A stretch of 64,000 bases of DNA. Origin: Marsupella aquatica. Taxonomy: Eukaryota > Plantae > Marchantiophyta. Each line of letters begins with the position of its first letter. Within the stretch, counting starts at the first letter, position 1. The notes beneath the pieces were generated by a model that saw nothing but the letters and a program-made list of their open reading frames with translations, was not told the origin of the DNA and did not search any database. The position numbers were made by a program, and so were the translations under genes. The stretch spans positions 6,564,136 through 6,628,135 of the forward strand of contig OZ316895.1 of the NCBI GenBank assembly GCA_973895155.1, read 5' to 3'. Below are positions 1 to 14,016 of the stretch, one piece after another.

Positions 1-529
1 GGGCCAAGCCAGGTTCGAGCTCCATTGAACCAAATCATGTCACTATATGATGAACTTCTTCTGCAATGTTAGTCTCAGATGTGGTTTTGTGCAAATAGCA
101 ACTCATAGATTCATGTGTTAATACAAACTCGCTTGCTATAAAGGCTGTTTTGTTTTCCAGTGTGTTTGAACAAGTTGTATTTGGTTAACACTTGGAAAGC
201 CGACACTGGTATTACGTATCGCAAGACTGCCGCATTTCGTTGGCTTAGCCTTCTCCACGAAATTTTAGGGAGGCTGCATTCAGCAACGTTCCTTGTCTGA
301 TGCTCCTTCTAGTGGAGGACTTTTGATGCCTCTGTCTTAGCCTGCCTGTATCTCCTTGTCCCGTGCTTGCGTTAGGGACCTGTGAAGTGTAACATCAATT
401 CGCTCATTCTCTCATTCGTGAAACAGAAGTCCCGAGGATCTTTCTGTTACGTTCTGGTGCTAAGACATCTCGTTCTTTGAGAAGGATTGTGTCACCTTAT
501 TTCCCGAATGACTTCCGCACAACTACAGG

Positions 530-3500
530 TACAGAATGCTGCAATTACCGCCATGAACGAGGAGCAGACACGCCTTCAAGAGGGAGTTTATTATGGCCGT
601 ATCAGTGCCAGAACAGATATATTGGACCACTTTTTGTCTGATGGCGGTCAGCCTCGTTATAACCCCCAAGTAAGATTGTCTACGCTTGATTTTTCCCTTA
701 AAAGGTATTGCAGGTTTTTTTTCCTTTCTCTATGGTGGGACTTATGAGAGCTTTATTGATCACCTCTCGAGCAGATAGTAGGTACCAAAAAGGAAGAGCG
801 CAAGTTCGTCACTCTTTCACGTGCAGTTGCTGAGAAGGGGGAAGTGCTGACTCGTCTCCAGTACCTCCATCACCCTGGATGTAATTCTCTTTAATATTGA
901 TTATGGGTGGCCATTTGACTTCTTTAATTTGGGCTTTACGTGCTTCAGTATCAACAATGAAAGTTGCGCTGTCTCTCATCGTTACAACCTAATGTGTCCT
1001 ATCACTTGCTCGTTTTGTACACCATGAAAATTTGCACTTTAAAGAAATTTTGAAACCCTGATGGGTAACTGATGTTGCAATGGATAATTGCATCACAGCT
1101 GAAGATGAGGTGAAACCCATCACCCACTGGCTCTGTGTGGATCTCTCCAAGGAGAATGGGGTTCGTTTGCTCCAGCAGGCAGTCAATTATCTTGTAAGCT
1201 TCCTCGCAAAGTGGAATTTTTGATGGGTGCTCGTCACTCGAAATGTTGGTCAAACGCTCTTAAAGGTCGTTCACAAGTCCTGGACATTTTTGACGTCTAC
1301 CTTTCCCTCTGTTCTAGGGGATGATGGTTATTCACTGGACGCCAGTGCGTATGTGGACGCATAAGAAACCAATCACTCTCAGATATGAAGTATAATAAAC
1401 GCTGAGGTCCCGTCGTAGCAATCTCCAGCGACGGAAGACTCTTGTGATCATTTAGACCTTGATTCTTCTAAGCGATTTATATCTTAAAGAACTAAGAATG
1501 GTCTTTCTTACTGTGATTGTAGCGCGGGTGGCACGGCTCAAAAGGCCTTGATTGCTACATGTAGTTCGTACACTTTGAAACTTTCCGTCTTACTTGGTCT
1601 TATGAACCTGCAGATGGAAGCCTCCGAGATAGGACGAATTGGAGTCCTACATAACATGAAGGAACCTGGAACTGCAGCCTCTCCAAAATATTCAGTGCTC
1701 GTCCGACTCGTCCTCGCAGCTGCAAACAGCCCAAGGTTAATGTCCAATCGATGTATCCAGGCTCAACCATTCAGAAACGGATGAACTGGGTGTTTACGGG
1801 ATTTGACTTACAATGTTATGTGCCTGTGGAGTAAAATGACGATGACAACTTCTGTACTATTCTAGGTCCTTTGATGCAAAAAACATTGACTTGCGTCTTC
1901 ATTGGACGAAATTAGACAAGGTCATGCTCTTAATACAATGCTGGATTAGGAAATATAACAAACTAAATATGTCTATATATACTGACTTGAAGGACAGTCG
2001 GCGGGCAAAGGTCGTGCCTTTCTTGCAGAGACTGCTTGCTCTGGAGCAGTTGGAGGAGAGCAACATTCAACATGTTCTTGACCTAGCAAAGGAAATGGGC
2101 TTGAACAAAGCATACTTGGAGAAAGCACTTTTGGATCCGGATCACCAAAAACTTTTGCATGACCAGCTCTACGAGGTTAGTTTGTGACTTTGTGAGGGAC
2201 TTCACAAAATCTTTAGAATCTAAGGAGAATTTCTTCTTCCTGTTTTTGAAGAGTAATCTGGTACATGGAGTTGGGATTCCTATCAAGCTGAGAAGATTAA
2301 GGTATGAACGCCTTCTTGCTGTGGCAGGACCGTCATTTTGTATCACGCGTCATTGGTTTAAAGCCTGGTGCAGCTGCTGTGATCACAAACGGCAGGGTAA
2401 GAACTCCCGAGAGACTTGTATTGTCAATCGAGTCATAGACGTTTAAAACTTAAACTCAGATGCTTTGCTAAAAGGGGAGATGAATGTAAGTAGCAGCCTA
2501 GTATTCATAATGCTCGAATGACGTTCGAGTGCAAGGAATCTAATGTTGGCTATCAAGATTTTGTAATGGTAATCTACCTGAAGAAAGGTGGGGAAGTACA
2601 TTTCGTGATTGTGGTATTCATCCCCGTAGTAGCGTTATTCTGCTTGTCTGTGTTGATCGGTTTCTCAGCATACATTTAAACTCTTTCGGCTGGGGGAGTT
2701 TTCTCACGGACTTATGTCTGGGTAATTATAGTTGCTTTACAATGTCAGTCAAAGAGTTTTCCCTGCCCCTCGCTCTCAATGGCCAGGATCGGATTTATCC
2801 TTGTGCAGGTTTACATGCAGCAGAGAAAACGCCATTTTGTTGCAGAAGACTTCGCTTTACTGGACTCGGTTGAGTATCAGAATCGAGTGAAACCCGTGGC
2901 AGATGTTATTGACGGCATTGAGTGGAACGACATGGAGGCTGATGAACTGACCAGGTACGGGATGATCCGGCTGTGTCAATTGACATCACCCTCGGAAGTT
3001 TATGGGGCATATTGTGACAGAAACTTTCCAGTCCTGACCTTTCAGAATTCGTAGCAAAAGCGTCAGCTATGGTTCTTCTTTTCCGTCAAATTTTTGTTTT
3101 GTTCACTGACGTTGTGTTTTATCATGCGAAATGATGTGCGCAGTGAATTTCTAAGCACCATTATTATGGCCGTATCCTCCTCGATGGCAGCTCGGTCACG
3201 CAGTTCAGAGACTGCTCGTTTTGATATGCTGAAGGCTGAGCACAGGTATGCAACCGTTTTCGTTAAGTTTTGTGCTCTCTAGGATCTTTCTTCTGATGCA
3301 GGACAGGGAGTCACCACGAGGACTGGTATTCGCTCCGATTGCTTATTGATCCTTCTGCTTACGAGTAAAGTGTTCCTTCAGATGCTTATGAAGACTTTGA
3401 CTTTCTATGTCTTAAAACCAAATTCATTAACGTTTTTGTAATTAAAATTTTTTCTTTCCAATTTTTTTTTCTTTCTAAATGTAATTGACATCTTGTGTAA

Positions 3501-6500
3501 CTGCCGTGAATCTCAAATTTTCTGCACCAGTGCCATTGTCCGTGACTCAGAAGATGCAAACCTTCACGTGGATGCTGTTATCGACCCTTTAAGCGCTACG
3601 GGCCAGAAGATCACTCCACTTTTGGTGCTTCTTCAGGAGTGGCTGCAGCTTAGTGTGCGGATTGTTCTCAATCCAATGGTGAGGTGCTTTCGTGTTGTGA
3701 AGAGTTTGCCTTTGGTTGTTCTAACAGGGACAGGGGATGTTTAGCTATTCCACCCTGGTATACTTTTCTCTCTTACTTTTGATGGGATCCTGCTTGTGGT
3801 TCTTCTCCTCTATCTCTACCACAGTTGTCACATATTAATGAGTTGTGTACTGTGCAGAACTCTCTTGCTGATTTGCCCTTAAAGAACTTTTACAGATATG
3901 TGGTTCCCTCTAAGGTGCGTCCTTCCCGCACTTTGGGCCCCCTCCAAAAGCATCACACGCAAGATCCAATTTTGCTATTTCTCTTCCATGTTACAATTTG
4001 TTATCTTACAGTCTGAAATCTTAATGAGCTTGTTTTGAACTACGGTGCTATTGGGATTGTGCAGAACGACTTCACAACAGATGGGGCCCTAGTTTCAGGC
4101 CCAGTAGGCGCATTCTCAAATATGCCACCAAGTCGCACACTTACGTTGAACCTTGATGTTCCAGAACCTTGGCTTATAGAGCCGGTCATTGCCATGTAAG
4201 CTTGACCTTTGTCCTACGCTTGAATATCCACGTCGAAATTGCTTTTCTAACTCCAGTTAAAATACGACCCGTACTATCTAGGTTGCATTTGAAGGATTGT
4301 TAAGCGCTCAAACCTTCATCAAACTCTTAATGTGCAATCCAAACTTCTATGTTTCTTATGAGTCAGATGCTCAGGTTATATTGTTTGAGTAGGTATGGAA
4401 CTGTCTGAAGGTTCTTTGCCATGTTTTTTCTATGGACAATGTCCTACAGTCATGATCTTGACAACATTGTGCTGGAGAAGCTCAAAGACGAACGGACTAT
4501 GTCTGCGATGTATGAGTTGGAGGCTTTGGTTGTCACAGGTAATACCCATCACCTATGTTTTTAATAGTCGTGCAGGCAAGGAGAGAATCAATAAATGTTC
4601 GTAGACTAATATCTCTCTCTGATTGGCGCCCATTTTTCTCCTGTTGAATTGATGAAACAAACCTGTGGAAGATCATGACTCAACGGATGAATGCAGGTCA
4701 TTGTTATGAGAAAGGCGGTGACCCTCCAAGAGGTCTACAACTTCTTTTGGGAACAAAACTCCACCCTCATATGGTAGACACTATAGTTATGGCAAACCTG
4801 GGGTATTGGCAGCTGAAGGCAGCCCCAGGTGTATGGGCGCTTAGCCTTGCGCCTGGGCGTTCCTCTGAGATATACACTTTAGAGGGCCGTGGGGAAGGTA
4901 CAGACGAGGGTCCCCTTTCAATGCAGGTTGTCGTCCAAGATTTGAAGGGGAAATTGGTGCGTTTTGAGGTTGTGAAGAGACATGGCCAAGAAGATCAGGT
5001 GATGCTTGATCCTCAGGCAGATGAAGATTCACGTAAAGTAAGTTTCTCTCCTTCGACATGTTTTTCAAAAAGGACCTGAGGCGTAGAAAAATAAAACGGT
5101 TGACTTTTGAAAGGTTTTCTTATTCGTGTGTATGCCTTTTGCTTGGATTTGAACGTTTCTGGCTCATGACTTGTTGGGATATCTGGCTTGTGTGTAACAA
5201 CCAGGATTGTTTGGTTTTTGTGCCGTTAAGGCTTCTAAGTCTGGTTTTGAACTTCGTTTTTATTCGTCGAGGGGCTGTAAAACGTTTGGTTTTTAAATGT
5301 TGTGTACGTTACTCATGTGCGCAGGACAAAAGGAAAACTAATGGCAAGGGGTTCTTAAAGTGGGCATCTGATTTGCTTGGTTCGGGTAATAAGCAGGGAG
5401 AACAAGGAAATGAGCTGGACCTGGTAAGTCACCAACGACAAGGTTTTCTTTGTGTCGCACACGGTCAGACTCGTTGCTATAGTGGGAGCTGTGTTCTGGA
5501 TCAGGAACTTTGGATTTAAAGCTGCGGTGTAGAGAGGTTTCTAAAAAGCGTCGAGATAGAAGTAGCTGAGTGTCTGGCTGGAGGCAATTGTTTTATTCAA
5601 GGCTGATGAATTGGCTAACAGGTAGGAGGAAGTAAGCATTTGGTTCGTAGGAGAGGGGAGACCATCAACATATTTTCCATTGCGTCTGGGCACTTGTAAG
5701 CAGCTAATTGTCTCTTATCCTTACATTTGATTGGTTTTATTTGTTTTGAAAATATAGTGAGGAGTCCAGTCGCTCATGTCTATCTTGTCGCACTGACACC
5801 ATATCCACTCTCTATGAAAGTGTGATGTTCCGTTACAAACGGGGCAAAGCAGATAGGTAATGTAGAGAGAAGGGGCCTGTTATTTTGATGCCTTTTAATT
5901 GTCCCCCTCCCCCCCCCCTTGACGCAGATATGAACGTTTCTTGAAGATCATGATGTTGAGCGTGTTAAAAAACACAAACCGACCCGTCAAGTTTTGGTTC
6001 ATAAAAAACTACCTTTCTCCACAATTCAAGGTGAGTGCTAGTCGTTTTTGGAAACTCGTGGCAACTCTGGGCTTTCTGCAAATTGTGTGTCTCACGAGGA
6101 ACGAATCATGCTTTAGTGATTTATATCTGGGTAAAATTTTAGCGCACTTTTTGGGATCCAACTTCAAATTCTCCACTTACGTGGTTGGACATGTATCGTC
6201 GCACATTCTCTGGCAGGACGTTATTCCTCACATTGCTAAGGAGTATGGATTTGAATACGGCCTTGTTACTTATAAATGGCCATCCTGGCTCCACAAACAA
6301 TCCGAGAAGCAGCGCATTATCTGGGCGTACAAGATTCTTTTCCTCGATGTTATTTTTCCTCTGTCGCTGAAAAAGGTACCATTCTAGTTTTGATTGCGTT
6401 TCCTTGTAAATTATAACATGAATCCCGTTGTTGGGTATCATTACTGTTCTTACTTCACTGGCTAGTGGGCAAACACGAAATTGAATCGATTCACTTGCTA

Positions 6501-8534
6501 TTTTGCATTTCTTTTGTTGCAATGTGTCTTACCGTTCCACGCGAGAGGTCTCATAAAGTACTGTTGACTTGTGCAGGTCATTTTCGTAGATGCAGATCAG
6601 ATTATTCGAACAGATATGGGTGAACTGTATGACATGGATATTAAGGGCCGGCCTCTGGCTTACACTCCTTTTTGTGAGAATAATAAGGAAATGGACGGTT
6701 TTCGATTCTGGAACCAGGTGAGGAAGACAAAGAACTTAGTAGAGGAATCATTATCTTGCACTGATTAGCTCCCTGTATTAAGTCAGAGCTGAGTGTCGTA
6801 CAGTAGCAGTCCTTACAGTGGGGAAAACTTTGTGATACCCTACCCCATGGATGAAGGCTGTATCTCAGGGTGGATGACTTTCGGCAATGACTCATCCGTC
6901 CTTGTCCTTTGACCCAAGGGTAGATTTGTCGACATTCTATAGCAACCAATGATGGTGGGCATGTTGTGGAGTTTGTTAATAAGAACAACTATAATGTTTC
7001 TCTTTACTTGGTTGGTGTCCCAACGATAATGTTTAGAAATTCAGTTGCTGCGTAAAGCTTTGATTTGGTTTTGCGTCGCAATCAGAAGTGGATTGAACTA
7101 ATCAGTGACATAACGCTGTGCAGGGGTTCTGGAAGGATCATCTGCGCGGGAAACCATATCATATCAGGTAATGATATTCGCTTGCCAGGAAGCAGTGTCG
7201 CCAACAGTTTATAATAACCCCGACCTACGTAAAATGCATTCATCCGGCAGAGCAAACTATCCTTTCTCTGCTGAATCGGTTTCACTGTTGAAGATTTTAA
7301 TGTCCAGGATTTCAAATAGGACTTCTCTCACTGGGCCTCATCTTTATCCATCCTTATAGACCGTGTTTGGCTTTTGAAATGCAGTGCTCTGTATGTAGTG
7401 GACCTGGTGAAGTTCCGGCAATCTGCAGCAGGAGATAACTTGCGTGTGTTTTACGAGACATTGAGCAAAGACCCAAACAGTCTTTCCAACCTTGACCAGG
7501 TATGGATGTCACACCTTTCTATCCTTTGCCCTCGCTTAGTCTAGACCATGACTTTGTCGTTGAATTGTCGCTCATGCAGATCAAACGTCATCCACCGAGT
7601 TTTGAAACAAGGTGAAGGGTATTTTTTTGTCTGGAATTAAGGAAAGCAGACCTGTACATACTTGGTAGTTATTGCAGTGAGAGTCTCTCATTCTACATAT
7701 TGTGTTTCACGAGAAACAGAGCTTCAAAGACCCTGCAGGTCTCTGTCATATCTCTGTTATATCTCAAGGGAAAGCGGACTTTAAGAAGGCATTCACTCGT
7801 AATGAACGTGAGGAGAAGGACTTCGAATGTCCGGTCTCACGCAATGCATTGCCACGAGCTTGGGGACATTGCTGCGATTTGATTCAGAGGTCTACAGAAC
7901 CCAGTTAGTTGGACTGTCTCTTGTCAACATATTGGCTTCCAGTTGTACTCATGGAGAATTTCATTGAATGCCTCGCAGGATTTGCCAAATTACGCTCAGC
8001 ACACTGTCCCAATCTTTTCATTGCCGCAAGAATGGCTGTGGTGTGAATCGTGGTGTGGTAATTCCACTAAGTCACGGGCAAAGACCATTGATCTGTGCAA
8101 TAATCCCATGACGAAAGAGCCAAAGCTTCAGGTCTCTCTCGTGCTCTTGAAAGCCTTTTGAATGGCAAATCAATAGGACAATTACGTGAAGTTTATCTAT
8201 CGTGAATGTGTTATATTCAATTATTTCTCCATTCCTTCCAACGACGATTCTCTGAAGAAAAACACTCATCACTGAGTCTGTCTACGCAGTGGGCCTAAGA
8301 TGGATGATCTTGTTGTATTTTCAGGGAGCTAGAAGGATAGTGGCGGAGTGGCCAGCTCTTGACGAGGAAGCAAGGCAGTTTACGGCAAGCATCTTAGGTA
8401 GAAGTGCTGAATTTGATGTAAAGACAGAGATTACACCAGAAATTGCATATCCTGAACCGCAACGCCAAGAGAGAACTAAGGGTGTAATTCTAGATACTAA
8501 GGACAGAGACTTGGAGTCTAAATCAGAACTTTAG
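530..8534 (+). CDS. UGGT: UDP-glucose:glycoprotein glucosyltransferase, 3' part (~22 exons visible; 5' end lies upstream of the window)
   Basis: Spliced exon peptides match UGGT: [21 protein letters not shown] (4697-5036), [11 protein letters not shown] / [28 protein letters not shown] (5622-6029), [31 protein letters not shown] (6216-6375), VIFVDADQ with the GT24 DxD (6577-6717), [42 protein letters not shown]. The C-terminal ER-retention-like SKSEL ends at stop 8532-8534. Internal exon boundaries are approximate. Confidence 0.97.
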
Positions 8535-9401
8535 ATTGCTGTCTAGCTCGGTGACAATTTTGTAGCATTCATAATTTATTGCGTTCTGTCAATCTTCAAG
8601 AGCGGGAATTTGGTTTGGTACTTTGCGCTTTACTTGAGCATGCCAAAACCATGTATTACTTTTTTGTTGATACAAAGATGGTTCAATCGTCCAATTCTCC
8701 ACAGGTCTGGATGAAAGGTCTGTCAAAGCTCTAATTGTTGCTGTGAGTTTAGATTGGCTTGGAAGGCTTCCATCTTCCAAGGCCCGGGTCTTGTAGTAAA
8801 ATAGAAAGCCATGGGCCTTGTATTTAACTTTTGAATGCAGCAGTAAGTTTTGACTGGGGATCTCCTAAGGCTTGTGTTGCGAGAGGATTTTCTACTTGAG
8901 TCAAGGCATGGTTGTCTCATCAAATCACAAATAAAGACTTCTTCTTCGAACACAATTATGACCAATTGAATCCAAACACAAGACCCTTTTCTCAAACACA
9001 AGGTCCTATTCTTGAACAGAAGGCCTGGGCGCCACATGGAGTTTCTATTCTTACCCAGAAAGCCTGCTTTTGTGTTTTTCCAACCACAACATTTACGTCA
9101 AGATTGATGAATAAGTCACTTGTTGACACCATAGGTAATGCATTCGTGCAAATTAAAGGTGTTATCTGAGTCAAACATAACATCTTCAAAACAATCCATG
9201 CAAGTTCCCGGTTGATCCGAGCATCTTGTCAAATATGGTGATATATAGGAGAGACATGGTAATCTATGGGAGCCTTTCGATACGAAGCTTGCATCCTTGG
9301 GAAATTTCTCTCAATAAACAAGAATTATAATACAAGTGCGAAGCTTAAAAGGAAGACGGCCCAGGGCCATGAAGGAGCTTTGATTATTATTGCCCCTTTC
9401 A

Positions 9402-10796
9402 TTAGGAAGGAAGAAAGAGGAGAAGAAACTCCGGATCAAGCTCCAGAGCTTCAATTATATTTGGAGTTGATGAGAGAGACACACTTGCAATGGCAGAGCA
9501 GCTGCTTGGCATGGCCTGTCCTATGAGTATTGTTCCTATTCCCCTGAATATGAACCGAGAATTTACCCCTGATGCAAAGAATGGTCGTCCAAACCCAAAA
9601 TCAATGTCATACATCGGAAAACCAAACCAAGACGTGACTCGCACGCATGCAAATTGAGGGCTCCTAGATGCAACGAAGGCTTCCTCCAATCTCTTCTCAG
9701 CAAGCCACTCGTCCAGAGTTGTTGTGAGCAGCTTCTCACGAAGTTTGCAGGCGATTGATGCCACCGGCATCTCTCGGAGCTCACTGGTGGGAATCCTCGG
9801 AGCAACCATGGCTGCAACAGCATTGCCACATAAGTTGGGTAGAGGTGGGTCGTAGAACCGGCTCCTCCCTTCCACGGCCATGCTGATGGCAAGCTCCTTC
9901 CCATGCCCACCGAGCATGGAGGAAGGTAGCCTCGAGAGAGCTTTCCAGAAATGAGCAACGATGAAATCTCCAGTGCTGGCAAATCCAGGTCCATCTTTGC
10001 TCTCATCGGCTTCCTGCTTCAGGGTTCTGATGGAAGATGCACTCACTTCGAATGCCTTCATAGCCCAGAGGCCTAACTTTGTGGGGCCATCTGCTCCTTT
10101 GGCAGCTGCAGCAGTAGAAGGAGCCTCCGAGGTTTTGTGCCGAGAAATGAAGTGTTTGAAGGATTCTTTCTCTGCCAATTCCCGATTGTGTTCCACCTGA
10201 ATAGTTGTTTCGTTGGACCGGGACAGGTCAGACCATGCTGTCATGAAGTCGAAGAAACCCTTCCCATCAGTGTGCATGTGATTGAAGGTCACGGCAAGAA
10301 CCACTCCCCCACAATTGAAGCGTGTGACTTGGACGAAGATGCAAGGTAGACCGTCTGGCTGCATCTCCTGCCTGAACTGTGTCATGTCCATTCTGAGGAC
10401 GTCATAGCCTTGCAGATCGGGGACAGGTTGGAATGCAGCTGAAGTATGCACTACGGAGTCTAGATCTTTATCGAGGTGGGCCTCTATGAAGGGAACACCC
10501 TCATCGTTGCACAAGAGCTCCCGCTCGCCAGTTCCCCTCGGACTTGCAATCCACCGTCCTGAAAACGAAAAGAATGGTACCAAAACCTTCTGGAGAGACT
10601 CTTTGAGTCGATTTAAGAACTACGAGTACAGAGCCTCTGAATTGTCTGCCAGTCTGTAGGCGAAAAACAGAGGAACATAGGCGTCAGCGCTGGCCAAATC
10701 AATAGAAATTGGTTGAATGGTCTCTATATGAGGCGTTTGTTGGAACGGCTTGACGATTGTGAGCACAACATCCACGAAGGAGAGTGCCAGGGCCAT
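9402..10796 (-). pseudogene. BAHD acyltransferase (HXXXD), intronless, 464 codons with one in-frame TAG at 10620-10622
   Basis: ATG at 10796 (MALALSFVDVVLTIVKP). The frame reads LYS*FLNRLKESLQKVLVPFFSFSGRW straight into ORF 9402-10583, which has the catalytic NHMHTDG (HXXXD) and DFGFG (DFGWG-like) motifs. Confidence 0.9.
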
Positions 10797-11080
10797 GCTT
10801 GACCTCCTGTTTCTCCCCAGCACGACCATCAGTCCTGATCTGGACTCCTGCACTCCTTCGTGTGCTCTTACGTCCAGAATACTTATTTAAAAAAGAACAG
10901 AAAAGGGCTATAACCAGAATCGACAGACTTGTGATGCCATCTCTTGTTAGCGAGACAAGAAAATTCCATCTCCAATATCAGTTAAAGCCAATGTAGGTTG
11001 TCGTTTGTCAGTCTAACACAGCCCATACACATAAGAGCTAACAGACGACAAGCTACTCTTTCAATGAAAATTTCAAAGGC

Positions 11081-11810
11081 CAATAAACAGACGACAAGCT
11101 ATATACCCCACACCACACCCAAACACGGTCTTGTTCTTCTCCTTTTGGCAAGCTCTCGATCCTGCCTGTCTTTTTCTGTCAATTGCCTCTCTTTTGGGAT
11201 CCCCTGGACTTCAACATACATTCATTAACCTGAGCTGTTGGGATATTACGGTTTGGATTTGGGAGTCAACGTCATAATCACGAGTATCCACAACTTCATA
11301 CACAGTGATACTCCTCACCTATCGTCAATTCCTCTCAATTGGTCATTGGGTCCCTGCAGATTTGAACTGGCTACTGATTAATTGCATAGGCGTTAATTGA
11401 GTGTGAGAGAGCCAATAAACAGACTGGGTCCCTGCAGATTTGAACTGGATACTGATTAATTGCATAGGCGTTAATTGAGTGTGAGAGAGCCAATAAACAG
11501 ACGACACGCTATATACCCCACACCACACCCAAACACGGTCTTGTTCTTCTCCTTTTGGCAAGCTCTCGATCCTGCCTGTCTTTTTCTGTCAATTGCCTCT
11601 ATTTTGGGATCCCCTGGACTTCATAACATGAGCTATTGGGATAGTACGGTTTGGATTTGGGAATCAACGTCATAATCACTAGTATCCACAACTTCATACA
11701 CAGTGATACTCCTCACCTATCGTCAATTCCTCTCAATTGGTCATTGGGTCCCTGCAGATTTGAACTGGATACTGATTAATTGCATAGGCGTTAATTGAGT
11801 GTGAGAGAGC
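11081..11810. repeat. Tandem duplication upstream of BAHD: ~330-bp unit, 78-bp partial unit, ~320-bp unit
   Basis: CAATAAACAGACGAC..TATACCCCACACCACACCC starts at 11081 and 11491. TGGGTCCCTGCAGATTTGAACTGG..GAGTGTGAGAGAGC occurs three times, ending at ~11412, 11490 and 11810. Confidence 0.9.
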
Positions 11811-12312
11811 CGTGAATTTAGGGGTCGAAAGGGCAGGTTCGTGCATGCCTTGAACGTACTCGACTCGTCAAACACAAACAGCGAAACTTAAATGCAATTG
11901 ATCCAAACACAAGTACCGGAACTTGATAATGCATAGTAAATCAGCAAGCCACAAAATTTTGCTATGTGAGCAGAAGCACGAGGAGATCCAAAGTTGTCAG
12001 TCCCTACATCCTTCAAAACTTGAGAGTAAACAGCAGTGGATCCGTCCAGTTACTTCAAACTAAAAGTTTGATATCTCATTCTTATCCTTTCTTCTCTTCT
12101 CTTCTCGATCAGTGTAATACAAAACGAATCTTGTCATTCTTACTCTCGATCACTGTAATACAAAAGGAATCTTGAATACTAAATAACTCGAAATTCGCTA
12201 AAAGCACTTTTTGCTCTTCACAATCCACAAAATCTATCTCCCATTCCGGAGGAGTATTTCCAACCTCTAGGCTGACAGATGCCATCACTTACGCATGGAA
12301 TTGCAATTCAAT
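11772..12312. repeat. Non-coding block, paralogous to 22372-23314
   Basis: Colinear near-identical tracts, e.g. GCAGGTTCGTGCATGCCTTGAACGTACTCGACTCGTCAA and CAAAACTTGAGAGTAAACAGCAGTGGATCCGTCCAGT, occur in both places. Confidence 0.9.
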
Positions 12313-12443
12313 CAACTTTTCCCTTTGTTTCTACCCGTGGGTAAGCTGCCGATTCAGAGTGCATGGGGAGAAATCTTTGCAATTGGCTCTAAAGCAAGCT
12401 CTGTGTTGGAATGGTTCCCAGGGTGGAAAATATTAGCAGCCCA

Positions 12444-13980
12444 TCACTGAATCTTTACTGCACGAGTGGGGACAGGTTGTTTCTTTATCTTCGGAACTGT
12501 CACGGTCAGCACTCCGTTTTCCACCTTGGCCTGCACTTCGTCAACCTTCGAGTTTACTGGGAGCTGGAATCGTCTCAAGAAGCGCCATTGTGACCTTTCT
12601 ACTCTATGCCAAGTTTCTTGAAGGTCTATGCCCTCATCCCTATCTCTGTTCCTCTGCCCACTTATCTGAAGTATGCTATCACCTTCCAACTCCACTTTCA
12701 CATCCTCTTTCTTCAAGCCTGCAAAACCAAATGGCATTGGCTTCAGCTCCGAGAAGGGCATAAGAGTAAACTGCAAATAGAGGCCGGCAATGAAGGGAAC
12801 AATCCAAATGAGTATGAATTTGGTCAAGGAATAATCGGTATTGTCAAGAACGACTTATTGGAGAAAATAACTCTCATCCCATATTTCCCTCAACAGACTA
12901 AATTCAATATAAAAATTGGATGTCACGGGGCAAACGTAAAGATATGAAGTGTTGTCCGCATGTAGCATCGACAAGATCGTTACTGTCTAGGTTTGCTGGC
13001 TGTACTTCAGGTCCTCCCAAAATTATTTTTACTTTGACGAAACTGAATTTTTAGAGGCAAACTACACATCGTTGTGAGCAGAGTCGGTTATCAAACATCA
13101 CCTGGTCGAGATCCCAGGTCAAACATACTATATTTCTGATTGGACGACGGTTTCGGAGCAATCAAACGTCTAAACTTCAGGAGGAAGAACGAAGATTTAA
13201 ATTACGATTAAAGGTCCAGATTGGTAGCCTAGTCCCCAGAAATATCCTCAAGGTAGTGACTATGTAACGAATGTAGGGTTACGCTCAAGTGCTGCTGAAA
13301 CTCCAATTTTCCGGGCCTGGTTAGTACTACCTTTACTATGCATCGTCTCTGTCAAGGGATCTTTAACATCAGATTTTGCAGATATACAAAGCAAACGAGC
13401 AGCCTGATAGTCCCGTCAAATCAACGACGTCTATGCTTTGGCCACTGCACCTTTAATTGCCCAATTCTCGAAGAAGGAGTGAGAGTTTACCAGGCATATC
13501 AGCTCTGAAGATGTGGGCATCACCGGTCTCGATCCAGTCGACTTGAGTGGCTGCAACCGCCTCTCCATCTCGTGTGATCCCCTGCAGAGCGGGAGACGAG
13601 TCCAGCAGCTGGTTCCACAGCTTGACTACGCTAGAAGGGTCCCAGAGACCACTGGATCGACCAAACAGGGAGTGCAATTTTTTCAGCCCAAGCAATTCTC
13701 CTACTGAATTGATTCCCGAAAAGGACCCCTGCAGTGAGTGCAACTCACGCGGGTCCTCGACCACGGCAAAGATCCCCAGGATCGCCACCAAAAGCACCAC
13801 AGACGCTATGAACGGAACCCACAGCCAGATAACAATCATAAGTACGATGAGAATCGGTGCAGGTCTCGGTCCGGCTTCAAGCATCTCCTCCAGTGGTCTG
13901 GACTCAGCAACTGGCTTCGTGCTGTCAGCTGCTGGATGGATCTCCTCGTCATAGTCTTCCCACAATTCCGGTCCATCCAT
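12444..13980 (-). CDS. Small heat-shock protein (HSP20/alpha-crystallin domain, class-I-like) with N-terminal hydrophobic segment; exons 13980-13491 and 12718-12444, 254 aa
   Basis: [18 protein letters not shown]|[61 protein letters not shown] intron at 13490-12719 joins the two ORFs in frame (490+275 nt). Confidence 0.9.
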
Positions 13981-14016
13981 GAAAACCGCAAATGAGCAAT
14001 TCGTCCCCGGTTGAGA

